The notes under the pieces were generated by a model that searched no databases, was not told where the DNA came from, and saw nothing but the letters and a program-made list of their open reading frames with translations. Below, one piece after another: positions 14,281 through 24,038 of a stretch of DNA of 64,000 nt (position 1 is the stretch's first letter; every line of letters begins with the position of its first letter). The stretch covers positions 1,856,001 to 1,920,000 of the forward strand of contig CAWHDR010000001.1 in assembly GCA_963828165.1 (NCBI GenBank), read 5' to 3'. A program made the position numbers and the translations under genes. Source of the stretch: an uncultured Chloroflexia bacterium (GTDB lineage Bacteria; Chloroflexota; Limnocylindria; Limnocylindrales; CSP1-4).

Positions 14281-16092
14281 GTGACCATCCCCCAGGACCG
14301 CCTTCGAAACTTCTCGATCATCGCCCACATCGATCACGGCAAGTCCACCCTCGCCGATCGGCTGCTGGAGCTGACGCATACGATCGACGCGCGCCAGATG
14401 ACGAGCCAGGTCCTCGATTCGATGGACCTCGAGCGCGAGAAGGGCATCACGATCAAGGCCCGCGCCGTTCGCCTGGACTACACGGCCAAGGACGGCAAGA
14501 CGTACGGGCTCAACCTCATCGACACGCCCGGTCACGTCGACTTCGCCTACGAGGTCAGCCACAGCCTGCAGGCCTGCGAAGGCGCGATCCTTGTCGTCGA
14601 CGCCACCCAGGGGATCGAGGCGCAGACGCTCGCCAATGTCCACCTCGCGCTCAAAGAGAACCTGACCCTGATCCCGGTCCTCAACAAGATCGACCTGCCC
14701 TCGGCCGACCCCGAGACGATCATGGACGAGCTCGAGAACGTCCTCGCGATCCCGCGCGAAGAGGTCATCCTGGCGAGCGCCAAGGACGGCACCGGCGTCA
14801 TCGACATCCTCGAGGCCATCGTCGAGCGGATCCCCCCTCCGAAGGGCGACCCGCACGCCCCCGTGCAGGGTCTGATCTTCGACAGCCACTACGACGCGTA
14901 CAAGGGCGTGATCGTCTACGTCCGGCTGGCCGCCGGCACCCTCCGCTCGACCGAGCCCGTCAAGCTCATGGCGAGCGGCGCCCTGGCGGAGCCGCTGGAG
15001 CTCGGCGTCTTCCGACCCCAGCTCGTACCGGTCAAGCAGCTCGTCGCCGGCGAAGTCGGCTACGTCGCGACCGGGCTCAAGAACGTCCGCGACGCGCAGG
15101 TCGGCGACACGCTCACGACCCAGGCCCGACCGGCGAGCGAACCGCTTCCCGGCTACCAGGAAGCGAAGAGCCTCGTGTTCGCCGGCATCTACCCACTCAG
15201 CGGCGAGGACTATCCGCTCCTGCGCGAGGCGCTCGACAAGCTCCACCTCAACGACGCGAGCTTCACCTTCGAGCCGGAGAGCTCCGTGGCGCTCGGCTTC
15301 GGATTTCGCTGTGGCTTTCTCGGCATGCTGCACATGGAGATCGTCCAGGAGCGACTCGAGCGGGAGCACTCGCTCGACCTCATCGCGTCGGCGCCGTCGG
15401 TCGAGTACCACGTCCAGCTGCAGCACGGCCGCGGCACGGTCGTCGTGGATAACCCGTCGCTGCTGCCGAACCCGTCCGACATCGAGTCGATCGAGGAGCC
15501 CTGGGTCAAGCTCAGCGTCGTGACGCCGAGCCAGTACATCGGCGCGCTGATGGAGCTGTCGACCAACCGGCGCGGGACGTTCGTGAACATGGAGTACCTC
15601 GACCCGACCCGGGTCGTCCTCCACTTCGAGATGCCGCTCGCGGAGCTCATCGTCGACTACTTCGACCAGCTGAAGAGCCGAAGCCAGGGCTACGCGTCGA
15701 TGGACTACGAGGAGCTGGGCTATCGACCGGCGAACCTGGCCAAGGTCGACATCCTCGTCAACGGCGAGCCGGTCGACGCGCTGTCGATCATCGTCCCGCG
15801 TGATCGAGCGCAATCGACCGGGCGAGCCCTTACCGAGCGACTCAAGCAGCTCATCCCGCGGCAGATGTTCGAGATCCCCATCCAGGCGGCGATCGGCAGC
15901 AATGTCATCGCCCGCGAATCCGTCCGGGCCATGCGCAAGAACGTGCTGGCCAAGTGTTACGGTGGCGACATCTCCCGCAAGCGCAAGCTGCTCGAGAAAC
16001 AGAAAGAGGGCAAGCAGCGGATGAAGCGGGTCGGGTCGGTCGAGATCCCGCAGGAGGCGTTCCTCGCGATGCTCCGTCTGGACGAAGGCTAA
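14281..16092 (+). CDS. lepA: Elongation factor 4 (LepA)
   Basis: [59 protein letters not shown]. Confidence 0.97.
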   Translation: MTIPQDRLRNFSIIAHIDHGKSTLADRLLELTHTIDARQMTSQVLDSMDLEREKGITIKARAVRLDYTAKDGKTYGLNLIDTPGHVDFAYEVSHSLQACEGAILVVDATQGIEAQTLANVHLALKENLTLIPVLNKIDLPSADPETIMDELENVLAIPREEVILASAKDGTGVIDILEAIVERIPPPKGDPHAPVQGLIFDSHYDAYKGVIVYVRLAAGTLRSTEPVKLMASGALAEPLELGVFRPQLVPVKQLVAGEVGYVATGLKNVRDAQVGDTLTTQARPASEPLPGYQEAKSLVFAGIYPLSGEDYPLLREALDKLHLNDASFTFEPESSVALGFGFRCGFLGMLHMEIVQERLEREHSLDLIASAPSVEYHVQLQHGRGTVVVDNPSLLPNPSDIESIEEPWVKLSVVTPSQYIGALMELSTNRRGTFVNMEYLDPTRVVLHFEMPLAELIVDYFDQLKSRSQGYASMDYEELGYRPANLAKVDILVNGEPVDALSIIVPRDRAQSTGRALTERLKQLIPRQMFEIPIQAAIGSNVIARESVRAMRKNVLAKCYGGDISRKRKLLEKQKEGKQRMKRVGSVEIPQEAFLAMLRLDEG

Positions 16093-16097
16093 GGCGC

Positions 16098-16868
16098 GTG
16101 GAGGATCTGTTCGACGTCTCGCGCGGCCTGATCGTGGTCGGGCTGACGCTGCTGCTGGCGATGCTCCGCCTCGACGCGGAGCGGTTCGGGACGGCTGAGT
16201 ACTACGAGACGACACGTGACGGCGAGCGGCCACGGGTCAGGCGGCGGCTGGCGTGGTACGGGCTCGGGCTCGGGATCGTCATCGCGATGCTGTACATCAG
16301 CCCCGCGCCGCAGGCGGACCTGTTCCTCGGGACGGGCGACCGGCTGGGCGCCGTCCTCGGCGGACTCGTCTTTGCCGCGATCGGGGTGGCCCAGGCGGTG
16401 GCCTTCGCGACGATCCGCTATCACCGGATCCGGTTCCCGGACACGGCGTCCTACCCGGGTGCGCTGCTGAACTCGACGGCCACGGCGTTCCTCGACGAGG
16501 TCACGTTCCGTGGCGCGATCTTCGGGACCCTGATCGCGCTCGGCCTGGAAGCGAATGCCTCGAACCTCATCCAGACGCTGCTCTATGCCCTCGCCACGCG
16601 GCTCGGAGCGCCGGGACGGGACCGGTACCTGCTCGCCACGACGATCGGGATCGGGCTCATCGGCGGCTGGCTGACCGCCGTCACCGGGGGCATCGCCGCA
16701 GCGTTCCTGGGCCACGCTGCCACGCGGTTCGCGATCTTCCTGTGCACGGGCCACACGGGCCAGACGCTGCCGCGCGGGCGGGAGGTCGAGGAGATCGAGA
16801 AGCGCCGCCGTCCTCCCGACGGCTGGCGGGTGATCGGGAATCGGGAGTCGGCCTCGCGAGACCGGTGA
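16098..16868 (+). CDS. CPBP/Rce1 (CAAX protease-like) intramembrane protein with degenerate motifs
   Basis: Multi-TM protein; DEVTFRG plus GHAAT correspond to the EExxxR and HxxxN positions. Confidence 0.7.
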   Translation: MEDLFDVSRGLIVVGLTLLLAMLRLDAERFGTAEYYETTRDGERPRVRRRLAWYGLGLGIVIAMLYISPAPQADLFLGTGDRLGAVLGGLVFAAIGVAQAVAFATIRYHRIRFPDTASYPGALLNSTATAFLDEVTFRGAIFGTLIALGLEANASNLIQTLLYALATRLGAPGRDRYLLATTIGIGLIGGWLTAVTGGIAAAFLGHAATRFAIFLCTGHTGQTLPRGREVEEIEKRRRPPDGWRVIGNRESASRDR

Positions 16869-16987
16869 ATGCGGTGTCGGCCGGACCGCGTCCCTGCCGG
16901 TGACGTCAACGCCATGAATACGCAAGGGTCGGGTCAACTTGCGCAGGAATCGCCACTCACCCATGGCTGCTTGACGAGATCCCGTCT

Positions 16988-18223
16988 GTGTCCGTGACCG
17001 AACGGCGTCCGCCCATGGAACCGCAACCTCCGGTGACGCTGTACGTCCACGTGCCGTTCTGCGTCTCCCTCTGCCCCTACTGCGATTTCGTCGTCTACGC
17101 CGGTGCGGCGGCGCGTGGCCCGCGGGCTCGGATGTCGACGTTCCTGGACGCGGTCCTGACGGAGATCGAGCTGCGGGCGGACGCGCTCGATGCGCGGTTC
17201 GGATCGTCGCGGCCTGCGCTCCACAGTGTGTACTTCGGCGGAGGCACGCCCTCGCTCGTGCCGGCTGACGACATCGAGCGGCTGCTCTCGCGCGTGCGCG
17301 AGCGCTTCGACATCGCACCCGGCGCCGAGGTCACCCTCGAGTCGAACCCCGGGCCGGACGAGCGCGGCGACCCCGCAGCTTGGCGCCGCGCCGGCATCAC
17401 CCGCATCTCGTTCGGTGCCCAATCGCTCGACGACACCGAGCTGCGGCGGCTCGGACGGCGCCACCACGCAGCGGATGTGGTTGAAGCGGTGGAGAGCGCT
17501 CGCGAGGCCGGCATCGCCTCGATCAACCTGGATCTCCTCTATGACACACCGGAGGGCACATTGGCGACCTGGATGGCCACGCTCGCCACTGCCCTGGAGC
17601 TCGCACCGGAGCACCTGTCGCTCTACGCGCTGACCCTTGACGACCCGGACGCAGAGGGGCTCACCGGTCCGGGCGGCGACCACCTGCCGACCACGCGCGG
17701 CGCCCGCCGCTGGCGCGAACGAGCGCGGCCGACGCAGGACGAGGACCGCGCCGCGGCCGAGTACCAGCACGCCACCTCGGTCCTCGCGGATGCCGGGTTC
17801 CGCGGCTACGAGATCTCGAACTGGGCGCGGCCCGGCCACGAGAGTCGTCACAACCTCGCCTACTGGCAGCGCCGTCCGTATGAGGGGGTCGGGCCGGGGG
17901 CCCATGCCTTCGATGGTGCCGTCCGACGCTGGAATGCGGCCCGGCTGGAGGGGTACGTGGCCGCCCTGACCGGCCCGCGTCCGGTCCTGCCGCCCGGTGG
18001 CGCCGACGTCGTGGACGACGCCGCCGCGACCGCCGAAACGCTGATCCTTGGCCTGCGCCTGGACACGGGCGTCCCCCTGGCCATGGCCGACAAGGCGCCC
18101 CTGGCCGACGCGTTCCGATGGGCGCGCGCCGCCGAGCTCCTGGACGTGACCGTCGACGACCGGGTCGTGTTGACGACGCGAGGCCGGCTCCTGTCGAACG
18201 AGCTGCTTGCCCGGCTGGTCTAG
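16988..18223 (+). CDS. hemW: Radical SAM heme chaperone HemW (HemN-like); start may be ATG 17015
   Basis: LYVHVPFCVSLCPYCDF, YFGGGTPS, YEISNW, HNLAYW; conserved lepA-hemW-hrcA context. Confidence 0.9.
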   Translation: MSVTERRPPMEPQPPVTLYVHVPFCVSLCPYCDFVVYAGAAARGPRARMSTFLDAVLTEIELRADALDARFGSSRPALHSVYFGGGTPSLVPADDIERLLSRVRERFDIAPGAEVTLESNPGPDERGDPAAWRRAGITRISFGAQSLDDTELRRLGRRHHAADVVEAVESAREAGIASINLDLLYDTPEGTLATWMATLATALELAPEHLSLYALTLDDPDAEGLTGPGGDHLPTTRGARRWRERARPTQDEDRAAAEYQHATSVLADAGFRGYEISNWARPGHESRHNLAYWQRRPYEGVGPGAHAFDGAVRRWNAARLEGYVAALTGPRPVLPPGGADVVDDAAATAETLILGLRLDTGVPLAMADKAPLADAFRWARAAELLDVTVDDRVVLTTRGRLLSNELLARLV

Positions 18224-18449
18224 ACAGTGCGGTGCCATCGCGCACCGGTTTCTCGATCGTTTGTCGGCCCGTTCCCCGCGTGGCTGGCGCCCAACGACTT
18301 GGCGCGCGGGCGCGGCGGTGGCCATACTGTCGGGACCGTTGCTTCAGGTCACCAGGGACGTTCCGTGACCGCAGCGGTCGTCCGGGTACGTCGCGCGAGC
18401 AGGGTCGAACTGCGGCGCGTGCGGCGGCCCAGGGGAGGGAGGAAACCTC

Positions 18450-21400
18450 GTGCCATCCCGTCCTGTGTACCGCCCCGATCGTCGTTCCCGACGAACCAGG
18501 CGGCGCGCGCCACTCCTGGCGGCGCTCCTCCTAACGACGCCGCTCCTCGCCATCCCGACGACGGCGGCCGCAGACCCCGGGGCCCCCTGGGATGGGACGC
18601 CGATCTCGGCCGGCCTCGGCCCGACCTACGGCGAGGACTGGTGCCAGCCACCGGACCCCGGCACCGCCATCGCCGGTCTCCAGGGCGCCCCGCTGGCGAT
18701 CATCCCGTACGAGGCCATCCATTGCACCGTCGACCAGATCCTCGCCGAGGGCGTCTCGGCTGGCATCCCGCCGCGCGCGACGTATGAGGTCAACACCCTC
18801 ACGGACACCGGCCGTGAGCAGCTGGCCGTCGTCGTCAACGCCCTCGAGACGCCGGAGCAGCAACGAGACTACGAGCGCTGGACCCAGGTCCGGGAGTTGA
18901 TGACCTCTGATCCTGCCGAGGCACAGGCGCTGCTCGCGACCTTCGGCGCGGACGTCAAGATGCCGATCTTCATCGAGGCCAACATCCACGGCGGCGAGCG
19001 CGAAGGCACCGACGCCATGCTCCAGGTGCTCCGTGACCTGGTCACGACGCCGTACGGTGACCACCCCGTCGTCGATGACGTCCTCGACCACTCGGTCCTC
19101 ATCATCATCCCGAGCCAGAACCCGGACGGCCGGTATCTGGGCACGCGGGCGAACTCCAATGGGTTCGACATGAACCGCGACCTGCTCGTGCAGTCGCAGC
19201 CGGAGATCCGGGCGAACATCCGCCTCCAGCTCGAGTGGCTGGCGCCCGTCATGTTCGCCATGCACGGATACGTCAACCCCACCCTCATCGATGGGCTGAC
19301 GAAGCCTCACAACCCGGGTCTCGAGTACGACATCTTCGCCAACTGGAACCAGCGCCGGCTCGATGAGAACGAGCTGGACTTCGCCGTGATCGAGCAGAGT
19401 CTCACCCGGCCGGTCAACGACTACGGTCCCAACGGCGGCCAGCAGGCGAACATCGCGACCACCAACGGCGCCACCCAGAGTGGCACGACCGTCACGATCC
19501 AGACGACCGGCAGCCACGGCCTGAGCGTCGGCCAGGACGTCGAGGTCGCCGGGGTCGCCGAGTTCGCCTACAACGGCGAGGTCGTCGTCACCTCGATCCC
19601 GGCGGCGAACCGCTTCACGTACGAGCTGGAGGTCACGGGCCTTGCGCCGTCGGGCCAAGGCGTCGTCTTCACCGGCAGCCCCGCCGTGGCCGAGGGATGG
19701 GATGACTGGGGCCCGTTCTACACCCAGACGTATGGCGCGTTCTTCGGCGTGGACGGCTCCACGCTCGAGATGTGCAGCAATGCCTCGTGTGGTGGCCGGC
19801 TGGGCTCCAAGACGGCTCAGTACCTCGGCTTCTACTCGTCGGCCGACTACTGGCTCGCCCACCGTGCCGAGATCCTGCACGATCAGCTCACCGTTGCCAC
19901 TCGCAACGTCAGCAACGCCCCGCGCGTGAACTGCTGCGACGACCCGTTCCTGGCCGAGCGCGGCTTCGATGCCGAGAACCACGATTGGATGGTTCCGTAC
20001 CCCAAGGCCTTCGTGATCCCGAGCAGCATCAGCCCCGGCGGGCATCCCCTCGCATTCGACGACGGCCAGCGGAGCCAGTCCGAGTCGAACCGGCTGGCCC
20101 AGTGGCTCCTGGACAACGGTGTCCAACTCCACCGGACGACGAAGGACTACGTCTATGCGGGGAAGACGATCCCCAGGCATTCCTACGTCCTGTTCCCGGA
20201 TCAGTTCCAGCGCGGGTTCGCCTACACCTCGCTGGCCGCCGGGCAGGATATCTCCGCGCGAATCACCCAGCTCTACGCACCCCCGGGCGCGTGGAGCCAT
20301 GGTCAGCTGTGGGGAGCCGACACGATCGAGGTCCCCGCAGGGGCGACGTTCGCACCCAAGGTCGAACCCATCACCGCATTGAACCCGCAGGTCGGCGGCG
20401 TGCGCGGCGGTGGCAAGGCCAACTGGTACGCACTCGCCATCCGTGGGACCGCGGAGACGCGGGCCGTCCTCGACCTGCTGCGCGACGGGATCGACGGAGA
20501 GATCGCCGACGCAGCCTTCACGAGCGCCTCGGCGGGCTCGATGCCGGCCGGGTCCGTGCTCTTCCCGAATACCCCGGCCAACGTCGCAGCTCTGACCGCC
20601 GCGGGCCTCGAGGCCGGCGTGTGGTTCGAGCGGGTGCTGACAGCGGCCAAGCCAGCGACGACGCAGTTGGACGAAGCGCCGCAGATCGCGGTGCTCGTCA
20701 ACAGCGCGGCGCCGACCATCAACGACACGATGCACAGCCTCCAGCGCATCTTCGGATCGGATGCACGGTTCATCTCGACGATCGCCGGGAGCGACTCGCT
20801 GCAGAACGCCGCTGCCGACCCGCTGGCCGACATCGACGTCATCTACAACACCGGCCAGAACTACCCGGCGTCCGTGAACATCTCGGCAGCGCCGGCTGGA
20901 GCCACGCAGAGCGGCACCACGGCCACCATCCAGACGACAGCCGCACACAACCTCGCGGTCGGTTCGACCGTGACGGTATCCGGTGTCGGCGTGGCGGGCT
21001 ATAACGGCACCTTCGTGGTGACGGCGGTGCCCGCGGCCAACCGGTTCTCGTACGAAGCCGCGACATCCGGACTCGCCGCCTCCGGCGGAGGGACGGTGAC
21101 CTATACCGGCGCTCGTGACCGACTCGCCGGATTCTTCGCGGACGGCGGTGGCTACATCGGGACCGGCGTCTCGGGCACCAACTTCACGTTCCTCACCAAC
21201 GGTGGACTCACCTCCGGCACCTTCACGCAGGGCAGCGCCGGCGCCGGCGGTGGGATCGCCCGCTGGACCAACACCGGTGGGGCAGCCAGCCCGATCACCG
21301 GGGCCTACCCGGCCACCGATTTCTGGTATCTCCCCTCCAACGTCACCTATTTCTCGGCGCTCCCGACCGACGCCGTGATCGACGGCCGCTTTCCAAACGG

Positions 21401-21638
21401 TGCCAGTGCCAGCCCGACCGGACCCACCGAGCTGTTCGTGGCCGGTCTCTGGCGCTCGCGCGACTCCGCCGCCTCGGTGGCCGCGGTCGGCGCCCCGATC
21501 GTCGTCCACGGCAACACCACGGCCGGCAGCCGCTACATCGGCTACGCGACCAATCCGTTCTCGCGGGGCGACTTCGAACGCTCCTGGCCGCTCATCGCGA
21601 CGGCGGCGTTGTGGTCGAATCTCACCGACGAGCCGTAA
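18450..21638 (+). CDS. Secreted M14 zinc carboxypeptidase with two inserted beta-domain repeats
   Basis: GGAGG RBS; signal peptide; zinc/active-site motifs NIHGGE, NPDG, MNRD, MHG and TLE. Confidence 0.85.
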   Translation: MPSRPVYRPDRRSRRTRRRAPLLAALLLTTPLLAIPTTAAADPGAPWDGTPISAGLGPTYGEDWCQPPDPGTAIAGLQGAPLAIIPYEAIHCTVDQILAEGVSAGIPPRATYEVNTLTDTGREQLAVVVNALETPEQQRDYERWTQVRELMTSDPAEAQALLATFGADVKMPIFIEANIHGGEREGTDAMLQVLRDLVTTPYGDHPVVDDVLDHSVLIIIPSQNPDGRYLGTRANSNGFDMNRDLLVQSQPEIRANIRLQLEWLAPVMFAMHGYVNPTLIDGLTKPHNPGLEYDIFANWNQRRLDENELDFAVIEQSLTRPVNDYGPNGGQQANIATTNGATQSGTTVTIQTTGSHGLSVGQDVEVAGVAEFAYNGEVVVTSIPAANRFTYELEVTGLAPSGQGVVFTGSPAVAEGWDDWGPFYTQTYGAFFGVDGSTLEMCSNASCGGRLGSKTAQYLGFYSSADYWLAHRAEILHDQLTVATRNVSNAPRVNCCDDPFLAERGFDAENHDWMVPYPKAFVIPSSISPGGHPLAFDDGQRSQSESNRLAQWLLDNGVQLHRTTKDYVYAGKTIPRHSYVLFPDQFQRGFAYTSLAAGQDISARITQLYAPPGAWSHGQLWGADTIEVPAGATFAPKVEPITALNPQVGGVRGGGKANWYALAIRGTAETRAVLDLLRDGIDGEIADAAFTSASAGSMPAGSVLFPNTPANVAALTAAGLEAGVWFERVLTAAKPATTQLDEAPQIAVLVNSAAPTINDTMHSLQRIFGSDARFISTIAGSDSLQNAAADPLADIDVIYNTGQNYPASVNISAAPAGATQSGTTATIQTTAAHNLAVGSTVTVSGVGVAGYNGTFVVTAVPAANRFSYEAATSGLAASGGGTVTYTGARDRLAGFFADGGGYIGTGVSGTNFTFLTNGGLTSGTFTQGSAGAGGGIARWTNTGGAASPITGAYPATDFWYLPSNVTYFSALPTDAVIDGRFPNGASASPTGPTELFVAGLWRSRDSAASVAAVGAPIVVHGNTTAGSRYIGYATNPFSRGDFERSWPLIATAALWSNLTDEP

Positions 21639-21664
21639 CCGCCGCCATCGACGTGGCGTCATAC

Positions 21665-21693
21665 GATGAGCCGGCGCGACGCGCCGGCTCATC
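21665..21693. repeat. 29-bp near-perfect palindrome (14-bp arms)
   Basis: GATGAGCCGGCGCG-A-CGCGCCGGCTCATC between the M14 gene and the lipoprotein gene. Confidence 0.8.
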
Positions 21694-21713
21694 CGCTGCT
21701 AGGGAGATGAGGC

Positions 21714-22292
21714 ATGACGAAGTCAGTCGCCGCCATGCTCGTCGCCGGCCTGCTCCTCCTGGTCGCCTGCCAGAACCCGGTGGTGCCCGCCAGCTCGCCG
21801 CCCACCTCGTCCGTCGTGCCATCCGGCAGCCCGTCCAGCCCATCGCCAGGTTCGACCGCGTCGAGCGGTCCGGCTGACACGACCGCGCCCTCGACTGCCA
21901 GCAGCGTGCCGTCCACGCCATCGTCGACGGCGGCCGCCGCCCCCACTCGGACCCCCACGCCGACCCCGCCTCCTCCGATCGGTGAGTTCCCGCAATCCTG
22001 GACGGGCACCTGGGAGGACCCGGTGACCGGCGGTTCGGGCAGCATCGAGCTCACCCTGTCCGGCAAGGACGCGGGATTCGGCGGCTCCATCACGATGGAC
22101 GGGACGGCCTGCCTCTCCGGCGGCATCCTCGACGGCGCCTACGATGGCCGCGACATCGGATTCGTGGTCACGCAACGCGGTGTGGAGATGCGGTTTGCGG
22201 GCACCGCGCAGAACGCGACGATCTCGGGGACATTCGCCACCGACTGCGACGCGATGGAGGGGACATGGACGGCCGTCCGCAGTTCACGCTGA
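21714..22292 (+). CDS. Putative lipoprotein (Ser/Pro/Thr linker plus small beta domain)
   Basis: Lipobox LVAC; low-complexity linker; WTGTW...GTWTA beta domain with 2 Cys. Confidence 0.75.
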   Translation: MTKSVAAMLVAGLLLLVACQNPVVPASSPPTSSVVPSGSPSSPSPGSTASSGPADTTAPSTASSVPSTPSSTAAAAPTRTPTPTPPPPIGEFPQSWTGTWEDPVTGGSGSIELTLSGKDAGFGGSITMDGTACLSGGILDGAYDGRDIGFVVTQRGVEMRFAGTAQNATISGTFATDCDAMEGTWTAVRSSR

Positions 22293-22882
22293 GGGCGATC
22301 GCCCGGCGACTCGTCATCCTCCCCGTGGTGGCAGCGTCCCTCGCGTTGGCGCCGCCGCCCGCTCTCGCGGAGTGTGACGGCCCGTTCCCGTCCTTCGAGC
22401 ATGCGGCCCCGAGCGCCCGACGCATCGTGATCGGTCAGGTCGTCGCCACCCTGCCGGGCGCGGAAGCCTTCGAGGACGGCCGAACGAGCCAGTTCGTCCT
22501 TCGCGGCTGGTCGGTCCTCGAGGATGATCGGCATGTCGAGATCGAGGTCCGGGACGTGCAGAGCCAGCCCTGTAGTGGGTACATCGTCGCGCGCCCAGGG
22601 GATCGCATCGCGATCGCCTTCGAAGGGCACGACTTCGCGCCCGCCCAGGTCGTGAACGCGGTGGCCTGGCTCGAGGGCGACCCGCCGCCCATCGACGGGA
22701 TCGAGTTCACGACCATCGGAGCGATCTACGCTCGCCTGGGCCGGGTACCGCCGGTGCCTGTAGCGACGGACCCTGCGGAACCGGCCGCAGATCCCTGGAT
22801 CAGTACGCCGACCGTCGTCCTCCTCGTCCTCGCCGCCACGTCGGCGCTCGGCGTCGTCGTGCTGCGACGCCGCCCGCGTTGA
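22265..22882 (+). CDS. Secreted, C-terminally membrane-anchored protein, possibly TIMP/NTR-like (start uncertain)
   Basis: Signal peptide ending ALA|ECDG; C-terminal TM helix plus RRRPR. Confidence 0.65.
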   Translation: MDGRPQFTLRAIARRLVILPVVAASLALAPPPALAECDGPFPSFEHAAPSARRIVIGQVVATLPGAEAFEDGRTSQFVLRGWSVLEDDRHVEIEVRDVQSQPCSGYIVARPGDRIAIAFEGHDFAPAQVVNAVAWLEGDPPPIDGIEFTTIGAIYARLGRVPPVPVATDPAEPAADPWISTPTVVLLVLAATSALGVVVLRRRPR

Positions 22883-22908
22883 CACTCGGACCGGCCCGCT
22901 GCTACGAT
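22879..22908 (+). promoter_or_regulatory. sigma70 promoter of hrcA-grpE-dnaK
   Basis: TTGACA-N18-TACGAT with extended TG. Confidence 0.8.
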
Positions 22909-22921
22909 GCCGGCACAGCTG

Positions 22922-22948
22922 TTAGCACTCTCGCCTATCGAGTGCTAA
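22922..22948 (+). promoter_or_regulatory. CIRCE element (HrcA operator)
   Basis: Perfect TTAGCACTC-N9-GAGTGCTAA directly upstream of hrcA. Confidence 0.98.
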
Positions 22949-22967
22949 CGTCAGCGGGAGAACGAGC

Positions 22968-24038
22968 TTGGCGCGTCGAAACCGACGACCACTCGGCCCC
23001 CTGGACCTCCGCTCCCAAGCGATCCTTCGGGCCGTCATCGAGGAATACGTCACGACGGCACAGCCCGTCGGAAGCCAGGCGCTCGTCGAGCGCTACGGTC
23101 TCGGCGTGTCCAGCGCGACCGTGCGAAGCATCCTCGCGGAGCTCGAAGCGGCCGGGCTTCTGACCCACCCGCACACCAGCGCCGGGCGCATGCCCACGGA
23201 CGCCGGCTACCGCTTCTACGTGGAATCGATCGTCGATGCCGTGCCGCTGCCGGCGGTCGAGCAGCTGATGATCCGCCACCAGTTCGGCCAGGTCGAGTTC
23301 GCGAGTGAGCACTGGTTCCGCCTCGCGGCGACGACGCTTGCCGGGTTGACGCGTTCCGCTGGCCTGGCCACCCCCGCCAAGCCCCGCACCGCGCACATCC
23401 GCCGCGTCGACCTGGTCGCGGTCAACGAGCGGATGGCGAGCCTGATCCTGGTGCTCCGTGAGGGCGGCATCAAGCAGGCGGTCGTGAGCCTGGACGAGGC
23501 CGAACCGGTCGATCAGCCGACCTTGAACCGCGTCGCCGGTCTGCTCAACGAGCAGCTGACCGACGCGACGGGCAGCCGCGCCGCGACGATCATCGCCCGG
23601 CTTTCGGAAGACGATTCGATCGAGCGCCTGGCGCGACGCGTCGGCGAGCGGATCGTGCGAATCCTCAACGAATACGACGCTGCCTCGGTCGAGGAGGTCT
23701 TCAGCGACGGGCTCCTCAACGTCATGGAGGCCCCGGAGTTCGCCCACAGCGACAAACTCCGCCAGGTCTTCTCGGCGCTCGAGAACCGAGCCTACCTTGG
23801 CGAGCTCGTCGGGAGCGTCGCCGGGTCGGGCACCATCCACATCCTGATCGGCGCGGAGAACCCGCGCGCCGAGATGCACGACGTCTCGCTGGTGCTGGCG
23901 CCCTACGGCCGCGCGGGCCAGGCCATCGGCGTGGTCGGGGTCCTCGGTCCCACGCGCATGAGCTACTCCCAGGCCATCGGCACGGTTCGCTTCGTGTCGG
24001 GCCTCATGAACGAACTGGTGGATCACCTCTATGCCTAG
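22968..24038 (+). CDS. hrcA: Heat-inducible transcription repressor HrcA
   Basis: PVGS, SSATVR, PHTSAGRMPT..GYRFYV, GPTRM.Y; CIRCE upstream. Confidence 0.96.
   Translation: MARRNRRPLGPLDLRSQAILRAVIEEYVTTAQPVGSQALVERYGLGVSSATVRSILAELEAAGLLTHPHTSAGRMPTDAGYRFYVESIVDAVPLPAVEQLMIRHQFGQVEFASEHWFRLAATTLAGLTRSAGLATPAKPRTAHIRRVDLVAVNERMASLILVLREGGIKQAVVSLDEAEPVDQPTLNRVAGLLNEQLTDATGSRAATIIARLSEDDSIERLARRVGERIVRILNEYDAASVEEVFSDGLLNVMEAPEFAHSDKLRQVFSALENRAYLGELVGSVAGSGTIHILIGAENPRAEMHDVSLVLAPYGRAGQAIGVVGVLGPTRMSYSQAIGTVRFVSGLMNELVDHLYA

Noticed and set aside
14551-14570. LepA YEVSHSL instead of the usual YEVSRSL
   Set aside because: A single-base difference (CAC vs CGC) in a contig that already shows probable errors; not interpretable without reads.
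16869-16987. AT-richer gap with a TGACGTCA palindrome as a possible ncRNA
   Set aside because: No stable structure or known motif; probably just the hemW promoter region.
18531-21692. Very long antisense and alternate-frame ORFs (for example 18531-21692, 24004-25737, 47322-49403, 55755-57902)
   Set aside because: Shadow ORFs expected at high GC opposite well-supported genes; no motifs or RBS.
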